Positions 50,665 to 62,778 of a stretch of 64,000 nucleotides of DNA are shown here, in pieces. A program made the position numbers and the translations under genes. The notes below the pieces were generated by a model. That model worked only from the letters and a program-made list of their open reading frames with translations. It made no database searches and was not told the origin of the DNA. Positions within the stretch are counted from its first letter, which is position 1. Each line of letters opens with the position of its first letter. The DNA comes from Lingula anatina (lineage: Eukaryota; Animalia; Brachiopoda): NCBI GenBank assembly GCA_051362555.1, contig CM120643.1, forward strand, positions 2,604,001 to 2,668,000. The letters run 5' to 3'.

Positions 50665-51498
50665 AGGCGGTAAATTATTAAAAAAATTCAAGCTTATAAC
50701 GTCTATACGCAAGCTTGGACATAATAACGAAGAAACGAAAACAGCCGACCAGGGGATGGGGAACGTTCGACTGTCTTGGGGGGGAAAAGGGGGGAAAAGA
50801 TCGGGGTGGGGGAAGAGAAGAAGGAATGAAGAAGTGTTACAATAAACTAATAGTATAAAACTAGGCATTTAGAAGTGTTATTTGACAAAAGTTCTACAAG
50901 GCAGTAAATTGTTCAAAAATTCAAGCTTATGATGTTCCATAAGCAAGTGAGCATCTATCATGAAATATCATAAATTATATAAATTCTTTATCCGGATCTT
51001 TTGTGTCAAAATTGTTTGCCTAATATTTCGGCTGCCCAGCTGTGTTTAAATAAGCTATCATGTCTAATCAAATTCGTATGCTGTTAGAAATGTTATTTGT
51101 AATTTAATTTTCCGTACTCAGTTTTTGAGGAGCGCAACCCCCCCGCCCCTGTTACCTCGTACAAAACCGATCCCCGACTGCATTATTGACACGTGGGCAG
51201 TCTTACGTTTTATGTATTTACGACAAAGATACATGTCACATCTTCTGATCTCATGTATAGTTAACCACCGGCAATAAAATATGTAAAAGATTGAAAGGGA
51301 CAAATATGCGAAGCGATGAAATTGGCATCCGCCATGTTGGATTTGTCTGTTTCATCTTTTGACTTCGTCTATTCTGATTGGCCTGTTTCATCTTTCCCTA
51401 GCATTGTGATTGGCTCGTTTCATGTTTCATGATGTTTCATCTTTGTTTCATCATTTGCGTGTTCTGAAACGCGATTAGCTCTTTAAGAAAACAGCCGA
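50665..51498 (+). repeat. ~750-bp CCAAT-rich repeat, third copy
   Basis: Homologous to 35211-36050; AAAACAGCCGA recurs at ~50738 and ~51488. Confidence 0.85.
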
Positions 51499-51933
51499 GC
51501 GCCGCAGAGACCTATATACCTCACCTGAGGACATTATTTTTCACCTGGCGGCTCTCATGACGGCAGGTAGATTGAGATATTATCTCACTTTTGCTAAGCA
51601 TTTATGTATAAGGCCTCTGTCCTGACGATAAACTGCCCTGTGCAGGATTTTCTACCGGCCAGTTTCATGAATTATAGTTTTTTGTTAAGTTCTTTAGTGA
51701 ATTTTCTCCAACACAAACATTTGGTCCATATCAAACAAGGAATGTTTTGGTTGTTTTAATAAAAATTAATTGTAAAATAAATATTTTTTATTTATAAAAC
51801 AGACACTCGGAAAGTGCAAACAGGTATACTAAAGTTTGGCACAATAAAGACTTTTAAAAAGTACTGATTTAAATACTGTAATGTCATGTTTTAGAAACCA
51901 CAAGAAAAAATTTACCCGTCACCAAAACGTCAT

Positions 51934-52015
51934 CGTCCCTGGGTAGGCTTGAACCACCAACCTTTTGGTTAACAGCCGAACGCGCTAACCTACGCTAACC
52001 TAACGCCACAGAGAC
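51934..52015 (-). pseudogene. tRNA-Asn pseudogene
   Basis: Same D-arm lesion (GCTAACCTACGCTAACCTAACGCC) and same flanks as 30685-30766. Confidence 0.8.
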
Positions 52016-52606
52016 GCTGAAGTTGTAACCTCTACCAGGGCAACAGGTTGATTTTTTACAAATATTCACAGAGATGTCTCTAGACAAATACACAATCATT
52101 TGGCCGTTTTCCGTTTTTCCCTACATAATCTGCCACCCTGGTAGAGGGTATTGATGTTGTAAGAATGGCAGTCTCAAGTTCCGTGGAAATACGACTAGGG
52201 AAGGTGTTGAAGATATTTAATGGAGGGGGGGTTCTTAGATAACCTTTTCCCCCCAAACTGTGTCAAAACCACCAACAAAGATGCTTATACATCTAAAAAA
52301 ATACAAAAAAACAAATTAAGCTATCTCTATTATCAGAGCTGCTACTTGGGTTTTAGTATTTTGGAGAAAAATCGTTAAAAATACTTAAACTCTGTATTTT
52401 GTAAGATAAGATGGTTTTTCATATATCAATGTTTATGCTTACATTTTAACACAAATTTCATTGTGACTAACAATTCTGACATACAGACGGACTAAATACA
52501 TATGAAAACTAAACTGAATGCTCTAACACCTAGATAATGATTCATAAGAAGTTCAAAAAGACAGGAATTCAATAAGAATTCAATTCACTAAGAATTCAAT
52601 GCTTTT

Positions 52607-52750
52607 AGGAAGCTTACAGGTATCATAACAGTACCAAAATCCAACCGATTTATCAGTCTAAACGACCTTAGACCTGTGGCCCTGACTCCGGTGCCTATGA
52701 AAATTTTGGAAAAATTAGTCTTAAATTCTATTAAAGAAATTGTGCAAACG
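52607..52750 (+). mobile_element. Rex1/Babar- or L2-like LINE RT fragment
   Basis: Translates as RKLTGIITVPKSNRFISLNDLRPVALTPVPMKILEKLVL, the start of a non-LTR RT. Confidence 0.75.
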
Positions 52751-53367
52751 CAAACATCTTTAAAGTTCACCTTTATTGTTCACGCACTATTTAATGGTGT
52801 AATGAAGTGATATCGGAAGCACTATCTTGTAGTGAATTCTGTAGTGGTGAAACTAAACAAATAATAAAAAGGGAATAATAATAAGAAATAAATGAATTAC
52901 AATACTGAAATAACAAATATAAAAAACTGACATACTATAAGTTTACATACAAATGCAAAATAAAGAATGGAGAGAGAGAGAGAGCAACACCTAAACGCAG
53001 ATATCGACAATATAAAACAAAACTATGTAATTAAATATATAGCTATAGTACTTACACAACATTCGGCAACTTAAAGATTACATGCACGGCAACGTGGCGG
53101 CCTGGAAAGCAATTGCCTAAAAGGATAACGTACATGTCGACTAAATATATATATCGATATAAAAAGATGGCTTTATACTAATATAACCTGACTTAATCAA
53201 CTACAAATAGGTGACGACGGTTTACCAAATCTTTTATATAGAAATAAATAAACATCTAAATGTACATATCTAAAAGCGTTCTATGTAGCTTACCTTATTA
53301 CATTCTGAAGAGAAAAACCTGACCGCACCCAGAAGTGGTATGCGCCCGCTATTATAGCGAACGTTGA

Positions 53368-53398
<31 letters not shown>

Positions 53399-55122
53399 TA
53401 ATAACAATAATGATCAAACTACTGAGCAACTATTCATAATACAATATTATAGCGTGATTTATTTGTCGATGTCGACAACAAATAAACCATGCACACTTGT
53501 GTAAGCTGTGTTCAAAAAGCGCATTGAGGAGATTAACTCCATTGTGATTTCAGCTTACAACAACAAACTCTGAATTGATACATGTTCATGTCATATTTGT
53601 TCTGTCGTTGTAATAGAAATGTTATCATTACATAAACTGAATTGTTATGAAGTTAGCATGTTCTGCAGCAGTTTCCACGTCTGCAAGCATGTGTATAATT
53701 ACTGGCACCAGATCTCTCAGAGGCCGTGTTCTTTTAAATAAATTACATAGACTGCATTTTATCTTCCGTTAAATGCTATACAGTAATGTTCTATTGTACC
53801 ATGCTCATTTTAATAAATCATGATTATTCAAGAAAATTTAGGGCATGTGAAGTTGCAAATGATAAGATAAGCTGAAAATACTTATCCAATTTTGTTTATG
53901 ATTGATTGAAGGTCAGATTGGCGGCTCTGCATCTCGTGAGTGGGACTGCTCACAAAAGTTTTTACCAACGTATTCGTATAATCACTAGCTTTAATTTTCT
54001 ATATTCTACACAATGTTAGACATGCTACCAAGTAATCTGTTATATTCTGATTGTATTCAATGCTAGTCCCCGTGGAGTTAGTGTGTGTAAGCTAAGTTGA
54101 CAAAATTCATTGTAAATGGTCCCTTATGCCTAATGTGACTGTAGTATTTTGGCATAACAATACAAAACCTTCACTATTTAAATGAGTGTCCTATGAAAAT
54201 AATATGATTATCCGAAGTTTGTGTGATGCTATTTTTATATAATCTCGTGCAATTTGGTCTGTTTAACCCCCAAAGATCATGTTGAAATTTTCTTGCATTT
54301 GTTAAGACCGACCACCTTGGTCTTCAGGAAAATATATTTCTTCTTTTTTTTTTCTTGTAAAGTGATGGTACAAAAGTAAATCTTTTCTAAAGAGATGTCA
54401 AAACATCCGCCAAGTTGACAGCAATTTAATGAGACACCCCAGGGGGATGGATCGATCTAAATAATTGGTAAAAATGTGTTTAAACTGTTAAGAAACAGTT
54501 TACTTTGTTTGTACAATTTTTTGGTCTTGTTCAGCTTTGGAAAAATGTGTAGTGCTTGGCCCATTTTCATTTATGGTATCATTGGGAATAAGCCGTGAGA
54601 CAGGTGACTATTGGACAGATTTTAAAAATGTTTAACCTCCTTTTTTACCCTCTCTCTATCTCTGTCTTTTTTTCTCAATTTAACGAATTCAGATCAACTC
54701 AAATGGAACAATTAATAAAATGGAGCCTGATAGGATTCAGATTCACACAAAAGTGCCGCTTAAGTAATAAATACTATGTCAGAGTTCTGAGTATTTAATG
54801 AGTATGGCAACCACAAAAGGATTGGCAAGATGATGGTCGCCATCTGGTACTCCAGCGCAGTCAGATCAGATATGTTTCTCTCTCTCTCTCCGCTGCTGCT
54901 TTTGTATGAATTGCAACCAAGCCGAGGCAGTTACTGTCTATTTGAAGTAGGTATTATTCCAAGTTAAGATATGTGACGGTAATGTTCACTTTGTATTGAT
55001 AATATGAGTATAATTATTGTCATAGGACAAGAGTATTCATCTGAACTATGGAAAGTAAAGTATATATTTGTATATACTTGACTTACAAGATATTTTAGAC
55101 AGTAAAAGTAAGATTAGATATT

Positions 55123-55370
55123 AGACTGCATTCCCACATATTTAGATCGATCCATCTGGATTGACCTAACTCCCTGGGGGTTCACGCTAAATTGCTGTCA
55201 GCTCAAGAGGCTTAAATGTCTGTCACGCCTACCGAATCAGCTAGGGTAAAGATAATTACACCTAACAGCTTTACTAGTTGTGATAGACATTTAAGCCGCC
55301 AAGTTGACAGCAATTTAATGAGACACCCCAGGGGGATAGACCGATCTAAATATCTGTGGGAATGGTCTCT
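55123..55370. mobile_element. MITE (same family as 16226-16454)
   Basis: CATTCCCACATATTTAGATCG / CGATCTAAATATCTGTGGGAATG inverted ends with a shared internal CTAACTCCCTGGGGGTTCACGCTAAATTGC. Confidence 0.75.
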
Positions 55371-55398
55371 TAGAGTGACGAGTAGACGCTGTTGTCTT

Positions 55399-55565
55399 CC
55401 CCGGCAGGCACAGTGACATTGGATCAACGTTGAAAACAGGTTGATCTACCTAAATTCAACGTCAAATCAATGTTGATCCAGCCACATCAAAACGCCGTCA
55501 TATTGTGACGTTGAATCAACGTTGTATTTTGGTCGTTGACTCAACGTTGTTTGGTCGTGATCCAA
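55399..55565 (+). mobile_element. EnSpm/CACTA-like terminal fragment
   Basis: CCCGGCAGGCACA followed by multiple (T)CAACGTTG-type subterminal palindromes. The other end was not found. Confidence 0.45.
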
Positions 55566-57053
55566 GACATGGATCGTAATTTAAAATAATTTAATTAAAA
55601 TTATAAAAACGTGATACTATGTTTATATAAAAGCCTATGTATGACATAATGTATTAAAATGAATTTATGGCAGCTGCAAGGTATACCGGGTATGTTGCCA
55701 TGGGTAATAATTAATTAGTTCTAGCCTATTAACATCAATAACAGTGCTGCATAATCCACCTATTGTTCATTAATTCCTGAAAAGATTAAATAGATAACAA
55801 TACTGTAACGAACTTTATCAAAATATGAAAAACGGTGTTTTAAAGTAAAAGTGATAGTTGTTTTGTGTCTTTAGTGAACTAATGAATTTTCTTAATTTGT
55901 TATTCAGAATTACATTCCAATAAACTTCCTCACAAGGTCAGCTAAGACAAGGACGAATAAGTCCAGCTGTAAATGTGATGGAGTGAAGTTAACGATGTTG
56001 ACAGTTCACGGTATCCTGTTATATGATCGGGATGATCACGCCTTCCGACAGTATATAAGATAATAAAATGAAATTTTCAAGGGAATTAACAATATAAATC
56101 TTTCAGTTCCATTGAAATCTCATGTTCTTAAATGTCAGTCACAATCCAAGGCCTAACTGGAGGAAAATGCATAACGACCGTCACAAAATATATAGCAAGG
56201 CAGGACCGCTGTGGAAAAACGTTGTTCAGTCGCGAAGAAAGACGAACGAGATTACGCCTGGTATATTACCACTTCATGGGATAAATGCTCTGATTTTACT
56301 GTCAAATCGACTTCATAGGATAAATTGCGACTTCATCTCCACATAAGATACTGCCTGCGACTTCATGGGATAATGGTGAAATAGTACCTGTTGTTGGCCC
56401 AACGCTATGAGAGAGAACGTTTTTGAAATATAATGTTTTTGTACTGTAAATATTATCCAAAATAGGTAAACTGTACGTTTTAATTCACTTGTATGACTGA
56501 ATAGGGTTTCTTTAGTGGTATTGGATGCATGTTCCGAGTAATTTTTAAATACACAGGCGTATGTAGGTGAGGATCCAGTATTTGTAGAAATCAGTACATG
56601 ATGGGACATTATGGTCAGCGTTGAAGAAAAGGGGGCCCAGACCCCCTGTGCCCTCCCTTCCCAGATCCGCTTGATGCATAAAACTAATGGATCAGGTAAA
56701 CCAGGCTATGAAAACATAATTTACCCGTAGGTTACTGGATTATAAGACAAATTTTTCCATGAGGAAAGACACGCGCAAGTGTAATGATTTACGTCTGTCC
56801 CTTGGTTTCCGAGATGCTCTGTTCTGGTCCTACACCTGTGAATGTCCATCTTGATGTGATCAATGGTGTCCCCGAAATGTGCCCTTGGCTGGCTCTCATT
56901 TGACCCGGAAGTAATATCTGCGGCACTGTCTGCATTTGGAAACCTGTTAATAAGGCGTTCGGGGGGGGGGGGGGGGGGGTAGGCCTACTCGTTGTTTAGC
57001 AGCCTAACTAACGTAGTTGATCTGCGAGATCAACAGGCTTGTAGATTGATATT

Positions 57054-58070
57054 TACCATGGCCCATAGGAGCCTACGCCCCTTTACATGCGAAAACGACA
57101 AGGCCTATGCCGAGTTCGTCTTTTACTACAGAGCTTTGAGAGCCGAAAATGGCATGGCCTCTTTCGCCACTTACTGAACTCCAGAGATGCGAGATTAACA
57201 CGACCCATGTCGCGTTTGTCTCTCAAAAGACACTGTTATAAAACATGAAATAGGCATTACGTGTGATTTTCGCAGCTGAATAAGTAGACCCTTATAAACG
57301 AAGTTGACGTGACCTTAGAGTCATGTCGCTTTCAACTTTTACAAACCTCCAACAAAATCTATCTCCACACAGACGCGCGCGACATGTACTATTGGACATG
57401 GGTCAGTTGAAAGCGACATTAACCTTAATGGCTCATGTTACTTTCAGCCAATTAATTTGAAACAGAAGGACCGTCTTAAAACCCTTTATATTTGAATCCT
57501 TGAAAATAAGAATATGAGGCCATATAATTATTACAAGCAATTAGCCACACTGTTATCTAGATAGCACTTAATTATGATGGGATTCAAATGAAAAAAATGT
57601 TTTGGGACAGCACAACACTGTTTCAAATTAATTGGATTTGACATATAAGAGTTGGCTGAAAGTAACATGAGCCCTTTAGGTTAATAGGGTTTCAACTGAC
57701 CCATGTCCAATAGTAGATGTCGCGCGCGTCTGTGTGGAGATAGATTTTGTTGGAGGTTTGTAAGAGTTGAAAGCGACATGACTCTCAAGTTACGTCAACT
57801 TCGTTTATAAGGGTCTACTTATTCAGCTGCGAAAATCACACGTTATGCCTATTTCATGTTTTATAACAGTATCATTTGAGAGACGAACGCGCCATGGGTC
57901 GTGTCAACCTCGCATCTAACGCGTTCAGTAAGTGGCAAAAAAGACACAGCCATGTCATTTTCGGCTCTCAAAGCTCTGTAGTAAAAGACGAACTCGGCAT
58001 AGGCCTTGTCGTTTTCGCATGTAAAGGGGCGTCTAAAAGACGCACGCGTAGGCTCCTATGGGCCATGGTA
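57054..58070. mobile_element. Foldback element with ~400-bp TIRs and 6-bp TSD (IS3EU-like, non-autonomous)
   Basis: Arms 57054-57451 and 57652-58070 are reverse complements. Termini TACCATGG...CCATGGTA, with GATATT duplicated at 57048-57053 and 58071-58076. Confidence 0.8.
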
Positions 58071-58079
58071 GATATTTAT

Positions 58080-59745
58080 TCAGAATTGTGGTTGATTGTT
58101 ATTGTGGTTGATTTTAATTTTTACATCGTAATTTCTGCTATCTACCCGTAGACCTTTAGTAGTGGGACTTTGCAGTCCTTTGGGGGGTTATATATATTTT
58201 TATATCGTTGTTACTGGTATCCTCTATCCATTAAAGTGAGGAACATGAGACGTTGGGGATATTTAAACTTGCCATTAGGGGTTTTCACGTGTCCTTCGGA
58301 TTTTTGGTGACTTTGGCGACCTAGGGGTGGTTGATTATTATCTTTAAATTGTATTTTCTGCTATATACCCATAGGTCTTTAGGTTGTGGAAACTAAACTG
58401 TCGGGGTGTGCATAGGCAGGTTTTTTTTTGGTTTTTTTTTTTTTGTGACCTGGGGTGTGGCTGTCCCTGGGGATGGTACACATATATATTACCGTAATTT
58501 ATTTCATCTCCCCCTAGACCATTCGAATTAGGAACATGAGTCTTTGGTGCATGGGTGGGCTACATTAGTGTGACTTGGGGTGTGGCCGTCCCTAGGGGGT
58601 GTCGTGATTAGTGGTTTGTCAGGCAATGAAACTGATTCCATAGATTGCATTTAAGATTCCTTGCAGAGTTGGACCGACCCTGCTAGTACTACATCCTGAA
58701 TCTGATGGCTGTCTTCGAGTTAGGAAGGAAAGGGAAATGTAGAGAAAGCAGCAGACAGTACTAAATAACAGACCTTCAGTCGTATTCTTGAATATAGGTC
58801 AAGTTAATTAAAACCCATTCAAGAACCCATACTCTCAGGAATCCTAGGGTCCAAGTCCCATTGTTCTTTAACCTAAAACACACATGTTTATTACTGCTCT
58901 TGGGAAATAAACATTTTTGTTTTGTGTTAAGACACAACAGCAGTTAAACGCTAAGATTCTTGATCGAGTGTGTGGGGCCTTGAATTAGTTTTTAATTGGA
59001 TTCCCTGACCTATATTTATGCATATGGCTGGAAGTCCATTTAGTTCTGTATGTGCTTCTGCTGTTCTCTACATTTCTCAAGGACCCATGCACATTCATTA
59101 AAATGACTGGTTCATCAATCTCCGTTTCATGTTCCTTAAAATTTAAGGGTATAGATGGCAGAAATAAAGTTGTGAAAAATAGAATCAACCACCCCCCGGG
59201 ATAGCCACACCTGAAATATCATACTAACATTCCCGGAAACCTATGCATATCCTCAATGGTAAGCTTATCAGCCCGGAAGGTTTCATGTTCCCAACTGTAA
59301 TGGCGTAAGGGTAGAAGCACGAATAACGATGTAAAATTTAAAATCAACCTCCCCAGGGACGGCCACACCCAATGTCACAAAACCCCAGAAGGACCCATAA
59401 ACATCCCCAAAGACAGATTTTTCAATCCCCATAGCCTTACATTCCCAGCTTTATTGGTCTAAGGATATAGATATAGCAGGAATAACAATGTCAATTAGAC
59501 TCAACCGCCCCCCCCCCAAAAAAAAAAATCCGAAGTGCCCTTCCACATTCGAAATAGTATGTAGCCACGTTTCATGTTCCTAGCATAAAATACGATGTAA
59601 AAATTAGAATAGACCACCCCCAGGGTCGACCACACCCCAAGTCACGTACAATTGAATTCCGAAGAGCCTTTGCAAATTCCTATAATGATAGGTTTATTAA
59701 TCCCCTTAGTTCCTAACTATGATGGTTTAGGAAGTAACAATGTGA
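58080..59745. repeat. Old inverted-repeat element with reiterated subunits
   Basis: GTGAC(C/T)TGGGGTGTGGC.GTCCCT.GGG at ~58445 and ~58570 is mirrored by CCCCAGGG.C.(G/A)CCACACCC at ~59195, ~59352 and ~59617. The arms are diverged. Confidence 0.55.
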
Positions 59746-60012
59746 AATAGATTATGTATGTATACAATTAATTGTCCACCACAGGGAAAGCTTGACCAAT
59801 GTAAGCGTACCTAGCCGAGACAACCCCGTCCCCATTCCAATTCTACCTCTATAGAACTTAATTCACACTAGCTATTTATTGACTAAGAAAAAACTCTGGT
59901 TGCAAAATGCGTTCCGGTTGAAAAATTCGTTTTCATGATTTTCTTTGGTTGCAAAATGCGTTGCAGTTGCAAAATGCGGCTCTACACCAGTTTTATGAAT
60001 CCCCAGTATTTC

Positions 60013-60243
60013 ATTCTCCCCAACATCTATCTGGACAGTTGACCGTTTCAAATCATTCAGATTTCAGACTTTCCGACCTAAGCGTTTTCATTAAGTATAT
60101 AGGCCAGGAGGTCAATCTTTTTAAACGATTCTCCCCAACATCTATCTGGACAGTTGACCGTTTCTAATCATTCAGATTTCAGACTTTCCGACCTAAGCGT
60201 TTTCATTAAGTATATAGGCCAGGAGGTCAATCTTTTTAAACGA
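60013..60243. repeat. 115-bp tandem duplication (2 copies)
   Basis: ATTCTCCCCAACATCTATCTGG...TTTTTAAACG at 60013 and 60128, nearly identical. Confidence 0.95.
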
Positions 60244-62562
60244 CCGAGATATTTTCGAAACATTTATGTTGCATATCAATAGAAAAGCCTATTTTTACAG
60301 CTTGTTATTGCAAGTCATAACATTTATGTCATAGTTACAAAAGAGATACTTCTATAACACGAATAATGAAATAGACGGTTTGTTAAAGATATTAATGTAC
60401 AGCTAGTGTGGAGCAAAATTAAAACCTCTCTGCCTAGTAGAGTTCTCTACCTACAGTGGAAAGACATACATTCTTGCTACTGTGTACTAGCCACTTCTAT
60501 AAACCTGCGCCGTCAATCAAACCACACATGGTCAGTTTTATGCCCTAGTTTAAAGGCAGGCAATGTGTTTATTTATACACTTCGTTTGTCTTATACATCT
60601 AGTGCCTTAGACCCGCCATGATTCAACGTCCAAATATTGTCAGTTTTTAATCGTCCTGAAATCTGAAAAATCTCAAAACTAAATGGGTAAAACAAAAAAC
60701 TAGCTTTATGCTTTCCGTCACTGGACCGGAGCTCTTGAAATAAAGTACATTATTTATAGAGTTAATCTCACAGGTATCTACGAGAACATCTGAAAATAAA
60801 CAACAGCTTCATTAAACTCCAACGAGATAAAATACGCACTATCATGAGTAATGTTACTCCCCCCCCCCCCACACTCACACACACACAAACACACACACAC
60901 ACACACCCCGTTTCAAATACACGCGTCACTCTGGAAATCATGGTCTAGAATGAAACTTCATATCGACCTTTACGCCTAATTTCCACATCCAACCAGAACT
61001 GAAACATGTTTGGATACAATGTACCATGAAGTGGTAATATACTACGAAGTCTCCTAAGGGTCCTTATTTTTTAACCAATGAAGTCGCCTTCTATCATGAA
61101 GTAGTAATTCTTATCCTATGAAGTGGTAATATACCATGAAGTATCTTAACAGCCGTGTAAAAGAGAAAGGGGTACTCCTGCGCGGAAAAACGTTATTCAG
61201 TCGCCCGTTGTAAAGGCCAGCTTGCACTGTTCCGACATCATTCCGCGGAGGCAGAAAAATCGGAAAGATTTGTTTTTGTGCTGTGCTAAAGCCACGGTCA
61301 CAACCGGACGCACGGATTTAACATACGTCCCTTGTGAATTTTGCGTGCAGTAGAAGCCGTGGAGGTCGTAGAGTTAGACGAAAGTCTGCCTTGCGAGTTG
61401 CAAGGGCCAAATGAGATGTCCTTTCAAGCAGGAACACTAATTGCAAGGTGCAGGGGCCGTGGAAATTGTACTCATTTCTTGAGCTTGCCTTCTACCTACG
61501 TACGTGGCACGCACTCACCACTATTGAAGAGAAAGCAACGCACGGCGAAAGTAGTTTCCATTTTGCTTCACACTTGCCTCATACACTTGTGATGACGTAC
61601 TAACCGCGTACGCCAGTTTTGTCTACTGTTCTCTCCTTCTTTCTTCTTCCTTCTACCTTCTTTCCTGCTATTTAAGGTTTTTTCTTGTCTTTTGGAGACA
61701 TATTAGAAGCTGAATTAAGCAAAATTCGAAATTTTTGAAAATTGTTGCACAGGTTGCACGATCTTCTTTAACTACCGTGCGTCGTGAGTACACCTTTTGT
61801 TCTCCTAGCGTAGGCGTGACGCACGTGCGATGCACTTCCGAGGTGCTTTCGACTTTGATTGTTAGTTGTGAGGGTGTGCGCCGTACTGAACACGCAAAAG
61901 ACATTTGTTCCTTCATTGCCTGCGACGTGCGTCTTGGACCACGCACGTCACGCACGTCACGATTGCGAACTCCTTGCGAGTGAAGCAATGTACGTTTGCG
62001 GACTCGCTGTTCGCAGATTATTCGTAGAATCTTTTGGACATGTCCAACATCCTCCGTACGTGGATACGGGCTGTCTGCGAACTCCAAATTTTGCAAGAGA
62101 GACTTGCGTTGCACGAGAGCCGTTAAGTTTAAAGGCAACCCTCCATTTCTTTCAGTACTGGAGATACAAGAGGATGTGGCTGATTTGCTTCTGTTGTATT
62201 TTGTGCGCGGTTTTGCAGGGTTCCCTATCAGAGGTAATGCTTTCATATTTTTTGGTAAATTAGAATTTACTGGTATACAGTATCTACCGTAGTATTGTGA
62301 AATGTGGTACATGTAGACTGTTACACTGCGATAAACAAGGCCTTGACAAAGTTATGTTGATTTGCACACACGCGCGCGCCTGCACACACATATTTTTGGT
62401 CGTACCCCTCAACTCTCGCCCCCCCCCCCCCAACCGAAAAGAAAAGCATTATTACAAGCAAAAAGAGTTGAACTGTTCAATCCTTGTGTCTACCCTACTA
62501 TAGCATGTGCTCTTGGCATACATGTGTTTCAATACTCTAGCTTCATATCCCCCACCCTCCAA

Positions 62563-62778
62563 GAACCTATTCCCACAGATTTTAGATCGATCTATCCCTG
62601 TGGGGAGTCTCACTAGATTACTGTCAGCTTAGCCGGCTTAAATGTCCGTCCCGCCTACTAAAAGCTGTAAGGAGGTAATTAACTTTCGTGGGCGCTCGGC
62701 TGACAGCAATTTAGCGTGAACCCCCAGGGAGTTAGGTCGATCTAGATGGATCGATCTAAATCTATGGGAATGCAGTCA
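62563..62778. mobile_element. MITE (same family as 16226-16454)
   Basis: ATTCCCACAGATTTTAGATCGATC / GATCGATCTAAATCTATGGGAAT inverted ends; the internal sequence is collinear with the 16.3-kb copy. Confidence 0.78.
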
